Assembly (NCBI RefSeq): GCF_964355755.1
Contig: NC_092678.1
Span: 24,755,365 to 24,819,364 of the forward strand
Source of the DNA: Antedon mediterranea
Lineage: Eukaryota > Animalia > Echinodermata
Direction: 5' to 3'
Length of the DNA stretch: 64,000 bases
Part shown: one piece after another, positions 11,963 through 23,063 of the stretch
Position numbering within the stretch: position 1 is the first letter of the stretch
How the letters are laid out: the number at the start of each line of letters is the position of its first letter
Position numbers and translations under genes: made by a program
Notes under the pieces: model-generated
The model's input: the letters and a program-made list of their open reading frames with translations, nothing else
Databases searched by the model: none
Told to the model about the DNA's origin: nothing

Positions 11963-13440
11963 CTGTATTTCCAGCAGGTGAAACTTGAGTAGCATCTAGT
12001 AGTAGTAGTCTAGCCTTGATTTAAACATCTTTTTGTCTTCACCAACTCACGTTAAGATAAGTAATTATTCATGTTTCTCTATATAAGATACGATAAATTA
12101 GACTTGCCCTCAATATTAAGCTTAATTTATTCTTCAACATCAAATTAAAAGGTTTAACAGTTTTGAAACAAAACAAACAAAATTGCAGATAGATTTAAAC
12201 TCACCCCTTCTATTAGTCAAGACTTCAGCTTGTATTAAGCCAGCCTGGCAGGCATTACCATGTTGTATTTACCTAGTGTGTGCTTGCATGTCCAACTGCC
12301 TTCTAGTTAGACCACTAAAAAGACTCTCTAAAAAGCATAACTCCTAAAACTGTAAATGATACAAGATATTAATACACTGTAGTTATAGACATTATCAACA
12401 TAGGGTTTAACAGTACAGGTGCAAACTGGTCTTTTAGAAAACAATGACGCACCATGACTGTACTTTTGTGTTAAAGTGACCCATAACCCACTCAAACATG
12501 CGTATTAATTATTTTTAAATGATGCACATCTTCTGGGGGTCATATATTACTTCATACAATTGACAAGGTGCATTTAGTGACAATGCCCAAACATGTCTGC
12601 AAATTTCATTCAAAATATGTGTTGGTAAAATAAAGTTACTATTAATTATTAAAGATACTACCGGGGATACTACCTAGGCCTATTCCATAAATGTCTCAAA
12701 AAGTTTTCAGATGAAATTTTGCCACTGAATTCGAACTAAAATATAGGCCTAGGCCTATTACTGGTTATGGTTGGCGAGTGCATGTGTACCTTGCCTTGTT
12801 ATAAATTCACTAGGCATAGGCTTAGACATACCAATGTTTCAGCATAAGCTCTGCATATTTGCCATCATGTCCACCACTCGCACACGTGACCAGTTGATGG
12901 CATTGTTGTTGAAATTGAAAACCATCAATATCATGACTTCTCTAGGCCTATCCTGTACAAATTCTCTCTTCTCTATACCTATTCAAGAAAAACCACAAAA
13001 ATAGTTCCTGTATTAATGCGATATAGCCTAGCCTTAATACGCAATAAACAATTAGTCAGTAATATGCCTACTAGGCCTACTACTACATAGGCAGCGGTTG
13101 TGGGACGTCCACACACGCCGCATGGCTTGGCCATGGAGGGATCTTGACTTAGGCTAGGCCTACTACTAGGCTAGGCTTAGCCTCTAGAATGCCGCATGGG
13201 GAAAACGGTCTACAAACTACACTAAACTCCTGTAAAAGGATCATACAATTTATATAATTATTCCTTATAACTTATTTATAGATATCATAAACAAAATAAC
13301 GAGCTTACATAATTAATATCGATCAAAAATGTCAGTTTTTAGAGGACACACAGAAAATAATGCTTTTTGTTTGACGTAGCAGCAGCAGACGATAAATTGG
13401 AGAGATCGGAGGCACATTTCCACGCTGCAAGTTGTGGGCG
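11963..13440 (-). ncRNA. Probable spliced non-coding transcript (or long 5' UTR); exons ~13309-13440, 12205-12349, ~11963-12078
   Basis: Promoter-like CpG patch with GGCGGAAGTG (13438-13446). Donors GTAAGC (13308), GTGAGT (12204) and GTATTT (11962); acceptors TTTACAG and TATAG. The exons hold only very short ORFs. Confidence 0.45.
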
Positions 13441-14488
13441 GAAGTGAGTTGGACCACCTCAAAAATAAGAGAGGGGAGTGGAGAATTAAAGATATGTATT
13501 TGTTATTTATATTGTAATTTTACATATTCAAAATTTGTAAAAGTATTATTGTTAATAATAATTATTTACCTGTAGTAATTATTCATATTTATGAAATATG
13601 TAAACATCAATATTGTAATGAGATTTATTGCCTTTTTAGGTACTCTTTGGGCAGAGCATTACCTGGTACCCTTTTTGAGTTGTTTGGAACAGTCTACTCT
13701 ATATATGGTGGTGATTTTGTAAACGAGAGCGGTATGGTCGATGATTGGCTGATTGTTGGCAACAGGCTACAGACAGAGGGCGGGGTTTTAATTTATAATT
13801 AGATACCAGATAAAACTTTTTAGTAATTACTTAACATTAGATTATTTTAATGTTTTACTAAATAACAGGCATAAATAATGTAATAGAAATATAGTGTTTA
13901 GTATTCTTATACATTTTGCAGGTGACTCACTTTTTAATATCTCTAGAATATGGGTCACAAATATGGAAATAAGTACAGTAGTCATATCTCCTGAAAAGTC
14001 TTATTTACATTTATTACATTTTCAAGTGATCACACTTTTTGAAAAGAAACTCTCTTGCCCGTCAGGCACCTTCCACCAGTGTCTTCAAATCTCTCCTCAA
14101 AACCCACCTTTTGAATTTTTTAATTTCTAAATGTTTCTGTCTATGTAAAGGCATTGAGGCTTTCAGCATAATGCGCTATATCAAGTACCGGTTATTATTA
14201 TTCACAAGATCTTTTACAAACAAGAAAGTGCAACTTCTTCAAAAGTAGTCTCAAATTATATTTATTTACTACTATATATCCTAACATGTGATTCAAGATT
14301 CAGCCATTCTATTAGTCCACTTTAAAATGGAAATTCGTTTTGCTTGACATAATTAAGACAAGAAAAATACATCAAATTGTCAAAGGCAATGTTAAAATAC
14401 TATTTATGTTAAAATACTATTAAAAATATATTCTTAATGTGGATAAATATATATGAATATTCTTAATGATTAAATTTGGATGCACTGT

Positions 14489-14575
14489 TTAATGTCCATA
14501 GTACCATCTAGCCAGAGTGTTTGGATGCACGCCTAGTTTATAGGCCGAAATAAACAGAAAATTCATACCACTTGT
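14489..14575 (-). CDS. Glycosyltransferase fusion gene last coding exon
   Basis: TTTCAG acceptor; TSGMNFLFISAYKLGVHPNTLARWYYGH-stop. Confidence 0.88.
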   Translation of the reverse strand, partial: TSGMNFLFISAYKLGVHPNTLARWYYGH

Positions 14576-17500
14576 CTGAAAATAAAAAAGTATTATAATA
14601 TATATATAATTTAAAAAAAGTTAGTTTATTTTTGTCCGTATTCAACATCTTCATTGCTTATTTCAAGATGGTGTTGGGGTGATTCAGATTTTGGTTACAC
14701 TTATTAACATACAATAATAATTCTCACCCTCAATTGACCATATTTTTGATATCGACGACATGATGTAATAGCATACTGCTCTTTAACCGTTTGTACGTGC
14801 CCCACCTCCTGTAGGTTTTTTATCAATATAAAATCTTCAAACAGCAAAACATCAGGAAATCCTCCAACTTGTTCCAGAGTTCTTCTGTTGACAAAGATTG
14901 CTTGGTCACCATACGGCATCTCTGGTAAGAATAAAGTGCGTCTATATATTTAGAATATAATTCCGCACCGGCAACAGCACACGATACAAAATTAACCAAT
15001 CAGATCGGATTTAAAATGATAAACAGGATAAAGCAGGCAAGATACTTATTATTTTTATTAAATATTTCTTAAGTTTTTCTTACCATATTTTCGGCATCTA
15101 TAATGTACCGACCTCTGTAAAAACTTCATCTGCATACAGAACAATCTAGAATATCTAAACAAACAAGCAAGTTAATTTACACAAAATAAGTAAAAACATC
15201 AGTTGTTGGCAGGGTAGTGGGTGTTCTTAACAGCGTGCAGGGTAGTGGGTGCTCTTAACAGCGTGCAGGGTAGTGGGTGCTCTTAACAGCGTGCAGGGTA
15301 GTGGGTGTTCTTAACAGCGTGCAGGGTAGTGGGTGCTCTTAACAGCGTGCAGGGTAGTGGGTGCTCTTAACAGCGTGCAGGGTAGTGGGTGTTCTTAACA
15401 GCGTTCAATATTAGAGAAAGAAAAAATCTGTAGATATTGATATTGATTGATATTACATGTCTTCTTGTTCTTATCGAATCCACTATTGTGGTGGTGATTA
15501 GTTCGCTAAGGTAGGGCGAAGTCATGGTATTTCTAACTTGACTACATTACATGTGGTGCAGAAACATTTTGTAGTAAGCTAAAGCTCTGTCTACACTATC
15601 AAACTTTATGACAAAAAAATGTGATATGTCGGCCCATAAATGGACATGATGATGCCATATCACTACCATATTTGGATGTATCACTACCATATTTGGATAT
15701 ATCACTACCATTTTTGAGCACATCGCACTTTTGTAGACAGAGCTTAAGTTGCACATAGCTTACTGATTGTCAATTTTTCCATCATCTGAATGCAGTATAT
15801 CAACTCCAAAGCTAAACGCACCTCCCGACACACCAGGTTCGGTTAGTGTCATCAACACGTGTTCATCAAATCTCTTTGGTAAGGTTGTGTCCGCATGGAG
15901 AAATAATAAATTGTATCCTGTTGACGCTGACACACCAGCTTTTTGTTGAGGTCCACGACCTTAAAACAAAGTACACATTTAAAATTTGTTCATTTTATAT
16001 CTCATTTTCATATATACATTTAAAAATAAATACATTTTAAGATAAAATAAATTGAACAATAAACTGTTGATAGGGCAACAAACTAGAAGGCGAAACCTTG
16101 TCTTGTGAGGTCCCTATGGACAAAACAACTAAAAGGTAATGTGTAATGCAAATCGAAATAATGTGACCAAATGGCTTAGCTTATAATAATAGGTTAATTG
16201 GCAATACCACTTTAAAAAATCAAATACAGTATGCAATATGAATACCAGATACACAAAAAGTCACATTGCAATAAAAAGGTTTCTGTTAATCTATTCAATA
16301 CGTTACCTTTGGAACTTGAAATGAACTTGATGTTAAAATTGCTGTGTTGTTCTGCAAACATGCGAACTTGTTGCTCTGTTTCATCCACACTTCCACCATC
16401 TACAACTATAACTTCAAGTGATTTTGTCCAAGTGCAATTCTAAATAATAGGACAGAATTGATTCAGAACATTTAATGTGCAATGTCTGTATAACCAATGT
16501 TAAAAAAGTAGAAATGATTTAGACTTATTTATACAAAACTTTTACTTTCTACACACCAGAAATTCCAAAAAAAAAGATTGAGTGAATAACCAACCATTTG
16601 CTACAATAATAAATACAGAAGAACGAGACAAATGTACACAAACCTCTGTTACATTTGTGAGTATTTTCTGAATATTTTTTCCTTCATTCAAAACTGGTAT
16701 AACAACTGACAAAGTAGGGCAGGTCAAGTCTTTTACTGTGACCCCAGTTGACCTCTCAAATTCACTTAGGTCATCTGCTGTGTCCTGAATAACCAATAAA
16801 AAGATACGAGATTAAAACACAGTTAAAAAACATGACTATAAGAGTGAATCTGTTGAACTGTTTACTTACAATATCTTGTAATACAATGGGTAATTCTGTC
16901 ACACGTATATTGTGTTGCTTAGCAACAGCTAATTGCTGTTGTCTCACTTTACCAGTTCCCCAATCAATGTCTTCAAATAAGCAATCTAAAAAATAAAATG
17001 TAATTTTAGTAGACCAGTAGACATGGGATCATTGACAGGTACATGTCAACAGCCCTAGAGGGGTAAATGTGTAGACATGGGATCATTGACAGGTACATGG
17101 CAACAGCCCTAGAGGGGTAAATGTGTAGACATGGGATCATTGACAGGTACATGGCAACAGCCCTAGAGGGGTAAATGTGTAGACATGGGATCATTGACAG
17201 GTACATGGCAACAGCCCTAGAGGGGTAAATGTGTAGACATGGGATCATTGACAGGTACATGTCAACAGCCCTAGAGGGGTAAATGTGTAGACATGGGATC
17301 ATTGACAGGTACATGGCAACAGCCCTAGAGGGGTAAATGTGTAGACATGGGATCATTAACAGGTACATGTCAACAGCCCTAGAGGGGTAAATGTGTAGAC
17401 ATGGGATCATTGACAGGTACATGGCAACAGCCCTAGAGGGGTAAATGTGTAGACATGGGATCATTGACAGGTACATGGCAACAGCCCTAGAGGGGTAAAT

Positions 17501-20500
17501 GTGTAGACATGGGATCATTGACAGGTACATGGCAACAGCCCTAGAGGGGTAAATGTGTAGACATGGGATCATTGACAGGTACATGGCAACAGCCCTAGAG
17601 GGGTAAATGTGTAGACATGGGATCATTGACAGGTACATGGCAACAGCCCTAGAGGGGTAAATGTTGTTGTCAGTTGGCAAGGAATCATCCACAGCTATGG
17701 CCCCAGAGGGGTAATTTGGAATTCCAAGAGGAAGACCAAAATCTAAAGGGAAATTGAAAATTATATAAAACACAAAACCATCATGCCCATGTCAGAGAAA
17801 AATGGCAAAAAATAGTGGAAACGGTCATGACAAAATATGAAAGGCGTAACTGATGATGGTGACCAGATGTGGGACGAGTGATGGTGACCAGATGTGGGAC
17901 GAGTGATGGTGACCAGATGTGGGACGAGTGATGGTGACCAGATGTGGGACGAGTGATGGTGACCAGATGTGGGACGAGTGATGGTGACCAGATGTGGGAC
18001 GAGTGATGGTGACCAGATGTGGGACGAGTGATGGTGACCAGATGTGGGACGAGTGATGGTGACCAGATGTGGGACGAGTGATGGTGACCAGATGTGGGAC
18101 GAGTGATGGTGACCAGATGTGGGACGAGTGATGGTGACCAGATGTGGGACGAGTGATGGTGACCAGATGTGGGACGAGTGATGGTGACCAGATGTGGGAC
18201 GAGAATGAGGAGGATTAATGTATCAATGTACCTTCTAACCCAGATAATGTTGATTTTTATAATTTCAATTTTTTTTAAATACCTAAATTTTCTTGTCCAA
18301 GCTTTGTTAAAATGTTAATATTTAAACCTATGAGATAATATCCGCCATCTTTGGCGGGTCCCAATACCATGTCAAAATCTTGATGGAGCGAGGTCAGTGC
18401 AGAGGTCATTGTTGACTCATCAATTGCAGGTATATCACTTCCAACCTATCAAAATATCAAACAAGATATTTATAAGTTTTTAGGTATTTGGGCTGCCGTC
18501 CGTTTAAATATTATTTTGTATATACAAAATAATAATCTGAAATAATAATAAGACCACATAAATCAGAACATATTTTTGTTAAATGACAGTGAAGTGTTTA
18601 TAAAACTAATCATTGTATATTGTTGATCGCAATGAAAACAATAATGCACTGCCTTCCTTTACCGATGTGCACCTAGAACACCTCCAGAAAGATTTCGAAC
18701 GCATTGAGTCGGATGCCTCTCATCCTCTCCACAAAGTGATCATAGACCAACTTAATCCAAGTGGTAGATTGAGGCTCCTCAGTGTGAAAACAAATCGATA
18801 TGCCAAATCCTTTATTCCCTCCGGTATCATCCAGTACAACAGGAAGTCAAGAAGATAATTTTATCTGGTAATTTTTTAGATGTTTTTATATGAATGATTT
18901 TATGCTATATTTGTTTTTATTGTGTTTTCTTTGTTATTATGACGAGCAATGAATTTCCTTTTTGAGGATCAATAAAAGTTATCTTATCTTATGGATAGTA
19001 TTTAGAATACATTTTTACATTGGTATGCTATACACGCTGCATACTGTAGTTGGTTGTGACTATAGCATATCAAATGGCCAATTATAGCCAAATATATAAC
19101 TATAGGCTAAAGGCCATTTACCCAGAAATTATTTTTTCCATTCTTTTCTTTTGTACCATGATTATTTATGTATGATTTTGTAAATGGAAATAAAGAAAGA
19201 TACTTCGTGTCAGGCTCATTTCTCCATAAAGAATAATTTTTGTTGCACTGTTATAAATTTGAAGTTTGCCCTCTAGCCAATCTATTTATAAACTTTTAGT
19301 TTTTGCAACACTTACAATAACAGCATATTGTACACCGCTCTGAAAGGCTTGCTTAAAAGCATTAGACATCTTGTAACCAAGAGTTGTTCCATTCTGTGGA
19401 ATCCACTGCATCTTCTGTGACTTCCTATCAAGCCAATACTTTAACTGTTCTGACGTTCCACCACTGTAATGAATTTCAGCCCCAACAGACGATCTTGATT
19501 TCTGAAGATTAATTACTCTGTCCAGTATCTGATTTGTCTAAGAATAGATAATACAAAATATAAATTTATTTAATTATATAGCATCATGTATCAATTTTAA
19601 TATGATGCTAAATCAATTGCTGTATTTGAGTGGAGACTTCAAAATGAGCCAGCTCTAGGCTAAAAATAATATATATATATATATATATTTCAGCATACTG
19701 TACCTAGGATATTGTACACCTTATCTCTTACTAGTTATAGAGCAAACAGAGCAGCATGCATACATCAAATACCTGATACTTACATACTACTAGCTAGTAC
19801 CTATATCTATTCTACAGGACTATAGTTAATATAGTAAAGTAGTAGAAGTAGTAATAATTAAGTAGGCTCACTTATCACATCGGAAAAAAAAACTATTCTG
19901 ACTTTTATTTTAAATTAAAGCCCCATTCCCTACGTTTTTTAGATCTAATTTAAGATCACAAACTATATTTAATGTAAAAATAATACTATATGGTCCTATT
20001 GCGATAACTTTTTTCGTCTTTAAACGGTTAAAAATGTGAAAAATAAGTCGATTCTAATAATTATAGCGGCCCGCTATAAATCCCAAAATGCATTGCGTGC
20101 GGATTGATATTTTTGTTTTTCACTTGTAATTCGCTTTTCGATCGATCGTGAGGCCAAAACAAATGGAAGACTCCTAACTTTTCAGCAAAAATACCTGGTT
20201 TTCCCCAATTTGTATCAACGGAGTCTGGCAAAAATAGAAAGACAATTAATGCAGCAACTATACAACGTCAGGCTAGGTATATAGCTCGCGTACGATGTTC
20301 GTACGTTACCGATGTTTACCAGCTAGGCCTACAAAACTAAGCCTAGCTAGCTAGGCTAGGCCTAAGACCGTCCACGATAGGTCGATCGCCGCGAGCTACT
20401 TAGGTAGTGCATTGTTTCTCACTTTTTATCATAATTTACCATAAAACGTACATTTAAGACAAGGAATGACATGGTTTAATGTTTTTAAAGTGATATATAT

Positions 20501-20928
20501 GTATTATTTTCCAAAAAACGTCCAAAATTGCAGGGAAGGGGTCTTTAACTACTAATTTTGATTTAAAAATAAATGTATAAAAAATGTAATTAAATATTAA
20601 ATAACATTAAATATGTTCGGATCTACTACCGGGCACTAAGTGGCATTATCCTTCCCAACAAAAGTAGTAGATAGTATAGACCTCTAGGCTAGGCCGGTTT
20701 GTTTACCATAATCAGCTGAACAGTTGCCGCAGCGTATTCACCGATCTCCCCGATCAGCCTTTTCTTCGTCGTCCCTGCCTGGGGATACCGGCTGAAAACA
20801 ATGACGCATTCGCTACATTTATTTGACTTTTTGTACCACAATTTAAGAGCAAAGCATGATATAGTTGATGCTGCCAAAATAAACGATATGTATACACGAT
20901 TTTCTGTAAAAAACCTGGTTTTAAACAT
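14489..20928 (-). CDS. Fusion protein: DUF2064/TIGR04282-type (CofC-like) transferase + TIGR04283-type family-2 glycosyltransferase (arsenosugar-biosynthesis-associated families), 10 exons, ~514 aa
   Basis: Exons 20707-20928, 19316-19537, 18283-18445, 16870-16985, 16644-16784, 16307-16439, 15764-15959, 15084-15154, 14728-14921 and 14489-14575 are all GT-AG and join in frame (1545 nt). N-domain motifs: VFSRYPQAGTTKKRL, QNGTTLGYKMSNAF, VGSDIP, VLGPAKDGGYYLIGL, LFEDIDWGT, LQDIDT. C-domain motifs: LSVVIPVLNE, VIVVDGGSVD, GRGPQQKAG, LFLHADT, MPYGDQAIFV, GGFPDVLLFED, ITSCRRY, YKLGVHPNTLARWY. Upstream in-frame ATGs also exist (20964, 21000). Confidence 0.9.
14728..14921 (-). CDS. Glycosyltransferase fusion gene exon 9
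   Basis: EMPYGDQAIFVNRRTLEQVGGFPDVLLFEDFILIKNL...ITSCRRY. Confidence 0.9.
15084..15154 (-). CDS. Glycosyltransferase fusion gene exon 8
   Basis: 71 nt, phase 2 to 1, YSRLFCMQMKFLQRSVHYRCRKY; it restores the frame between exons 7 and 9. Confidence 0.8.
15209..15404. repeat. 28-bp minisatellite x7 (intronic)
   Basis: GCAGGGTAGTGGGTG(T/C)TCTTAACAGCGT. Confidence 0.95.
15583..15744. mobile_element. Tourist/PIF-Harbinger-like MITE with TAA target duplication
   Basis: TAA|AGCTCTGTCTACA...TGTAGACAGAGCT|TAA; internal ATCACTACCATATTTGG repeats; a second family member lies at ~51006-51160. Confidence 0.8.
15764..15959 (-). CDS. Glycosyltransferase fusion gene exon 7
   Basis: GRGPQQKAGVSASTGYNLLFLHADTTLP...GGAFSF. 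Confidence 0.9.
16307..16439 (-). CDS. Glycosyltransferase fusion gene exon 6
   Basis: NCTWTKSLEVIVVDGGSVDETEQQV... GT2 motif. Confidence 0.9.
16644..16784 (-). CDS. Glycosyltransferase fusion gene exon 5 (domain junction)
   Basis: DTADDLSEFERSTGVTVKDLTCPTLSVVIPVLNEGKNIQKILTNVTE: the end of the DUF2064 domain and the start of the GT2 domain lie in one exon. Confidence 0.9.
16870..16985 (-). CDS. Glycosyltransferase fusion gene exon 4
   Basis: (D)CLFEDIDWGTGKVRQQQLAVAKQHNIRVTELPIVLQDI; TTTTAG acceptor, GTAAGT donor. Confidence 0.9.
17017..17663. repeat. 54-bp minisatellite x12 (intronic)
   Basis: GTAGACATGGGATCATTGACAGGTACATGGCAACAGCCCTAGAGGGGTAAATGT. Confidence 0.95.
17855..18203. repeat. 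25-bp minisatellite x14, perfect (intronic)
   Basis: GATGGTGACCAGATGTGGGACGAGT. Confidence 0.95.
18283..18445 (-). CDS. Glycosyltransferase fusion gene exon 3
   Basis: VGSDIPAIDESTMTSALTSLHQDFDMVLGPAKDGGYYLIGL, the DUF2064 signature. Confidence 0.9.
18600..18991 (+). mobile_element. 5'-truncated LINE 3' end (Rex1/Babar- or L2-like)
   Basis: ORF2 C-terminal motif D..HPLH....SGRLR....KTNRYAKSFIPSGI..YN, then tail AATTTCC...GGATCAATAAAAGTTATCTTATCTTA. Confidence 0.75.
19316..19537 (-). CDS. Glycosyltransferase fusion gene exon 2
   Basis: TAG acceptor, GTAAGT donor, 222 nt; TNQILDRV...WIPQNGTTLGYKMSNAFKQAFQSGVQYAVI. Confidence 0.9.
19919..20544. mobile_element. Non-autonomous DNA transposon with TTAA target duplication (Kolobok-like)
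   Basis: TTAA|AGCCCCATTCCCTACG...TGCAGGGAAGGGGTCT|TTAA; imperfect TIRs with AG..CT ends. Confidence 0.7.
20707..20928 (-). CDS. Glycosyltransferase fusion gene exon 1 (hydrophobic anchor + FSRYP..GTTKKRL motif)
   Basis: MFKTRFF...VYISFILAASTISCFAL...VIVFSRYPQAGTTKKRLIGEIGEYAAATVQLIM, followed by donor GTAAAC. Confidence 0.85.
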
Positions 20929-21004
20929 TCTGAAAAAAATAACTGCTTCGCATGTGACGAGCATGCAAAGGGCAGGGCCCCCTGGCGCCAGAGGTCTCAT
21001 CTAT

Positions 21005-21070
21005 AAACGCCGGAAGTGTTGAAATACACTGGAACCGGGGAGTATAAATTGTAGAAGGTCATGACCTCAT
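21005..21070 (-). promoter_or_regulatory. Probable promoter of the glycosyltransferase fusion gene
   Basis: CpG-richer patch just upstream of exon 1, with an ETS-type CCGGAAGT at 21010-21017 and the palindrome GGTCATGACC near 21057. Confidence 0.4.
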
Positions 21071-22384
21071 ACCCCTGCCCTTTCCATACCAGTCGGTAAT
21101 GTTTTAGATAAATTTAAAGTCAACTAAATCGTAATGACTGTGGACGTACAATATATATGAATATATTATAATATAAAAAAAAATAATATTATACAAAAAA
21201 TGAATATATAAATAAAAAGAAAACAAAGTGTACACAACAATCAGTAAGTAAAATTATCCCATTTATTAGATTTAAATTACATACATTTATAAATAAAAAA
21301 AAACACAAAATACATACACACATGATGCATCATTATAATTATTATTAATCCTACTGCAATTTAACGATGCAATACATTAAATACGAGTTGTTTTGCACTT
21401 AAATTGTAATACAATAACGGAATATGTATTACATTATACTAGTATAAATTACAACTAAAAACTTTACACCGCCAGCAAAGATCCCAACGTTGGTGGCGCC
21501 ATTTAATCTTTGCCGCCCCCATTAGGAACTATAGAGCGAACTTTACACCAATCAGCGAAGGGGAACAATTGCTTCCTGGCGAATCGTATCCTAATGTTAG
21601 AATTCCCTTCCCATACGTGTATATACAGATGCAACTTTGGCATTCTACAACAATGTTTTAGATACATTTTATTATTTATTATTTACCAATATTCTAGTTC
21701 CTATAACATAACAATGACCATTTTAATAGTTTCTAGTATTTATTATTAATACTGCAACAAGGCCACTAAAATGAAAGAAAGTGGCGTTAGATCCCATATT
21801 ACTGTCTTTTAAAAATGATTAATATGATTTAACCTTTCACATAAAATTACAAAAATATAATTTAGTGAGTTGTCTTCTACCAAGTTACCTTTATTACTCT
21901 AGAATAGACAGTGACTATTTAGCACTGTGTGGCTATGGGCCTAAAAAAATTACACTATTATAAATATTGTTATAATAGCACATAAAATATTACAAACAGG
22001 GTGAAATAAATAAATATAAAAACGTTAGTACACATAATTATTACAAGTTTAAATACTAAAAATATTTCATTTAATCTGATGAAAGATGATTATCTCCATG
22101 CACATTAAAAATAAATAAAATTTACGAATGGCTAAAACCAAGGTTGCTACATTCTTCACAGCATAATATAATTCTAACAATACTTAGAAAAGCATTTCTA
22201 TATACCATGGACAAAAAACATTCCATGTATATAATCTATTCATTCAATAAAATAAAAGATTTATAGAGTAAACAAATCACTACTTTGTGATCTGTCTACT
22301 CTAAGAACAATATAAATAAATTTATCAAGAAACCTAAATGAGATTGCCGACATTCTTAAGGAAAGCTGACAATCAGATGGAATG

Positions 22385-22445
22385 TGGTTGGGATTGAACA
22401 CAGTACCTTGGTTTGGAAGGTGTGCACCAAGTTACAATGCCATTC
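22385..22445 (-). mobile_element. Degenerate tRNA-derived SINE head
   Basis: Minus strand TGGCATTGTAACTTGG...CCTTCCAA...GTGTTCAATCCC (A and B boxes); similar to 54290-54362. Confidence 0.5.
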
Positions 22446-22902
22446 AAATCCAACATTCCTTGTACAATTTGATATGCCTAAGTACCTTTAAACATTCTGG
22501 ATCAAAGGTCAATGTAAATTGAACATTGACTTTTGATTTACGTTTACATTAATAGTTGCATTATTCTTAATACCTGTCCGTACATAAAATCCTTTTATTA
22601 TTTGTTTCCAATTGCAAGACGTAAAATATTGCTTCAAAAGTTTGATTTGCTTCTCATTTTTAAACTTTAAAAATATATTTTAAAACCATTTTGCTTTCGT
22701 TGCTCTTTTCTTTACATTATCTTCAGCAAATACAAAAAAAAATGCAAAATACTATATTGCCATTTATCACATTCCAATCAGAACGTAGTTCATTTCATAC
22801 TTTGTTAGAAAAGTCTCTACTTAACACTCGCCTACATCACGTTGTTGATATTATGTTGATAACATGTTGATGTTGATATCATGTTGATATCACAAAGGTC
22901 CC

Positions 22903-23063
22903 TCAACAAGTACCATGATAAACCTTCTTGATATCCTCCATTCCAAGACAGAATTTAGCGAATATCAGATCACAATCGTTGGCGAATGTAGTTCCATCAT
23001 TTGCACAAACAGGGGAATAAATTCCGGGACATAAAACTTGGTCACAACGACCTTCCCCATCAA
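22903..23063 (-). CDS. Kazal domain 7, terminal coding exon
   Basis: CDQVLCPGIYSPVCANDGTTFANDCDLIFAKFCLGMEDIKKVYHGTC-TGA. Confidence 0.9.

Noticed and set aside
17006-17773. 255-aa minus-strand ORF with an 18-aa repeat
   Set aside because: It is a translation of a 54-bp intronic minisatellite; exons 3 and 4 join correctly without it
17855-18203. CRISPR-like appearance of short direct repeats (also 15209-15404 and 7199-7898)
   Set aside because: Head-to-tail repeats with no unique spacers, eukaryotic context and no cas genes
14489-20928. Bacterial contamination as the source of the transferase fusion gene
   Set aside because: Nine GT-AG introns containing repeats shared with the rest of the window (MITE family also at 51 kb)
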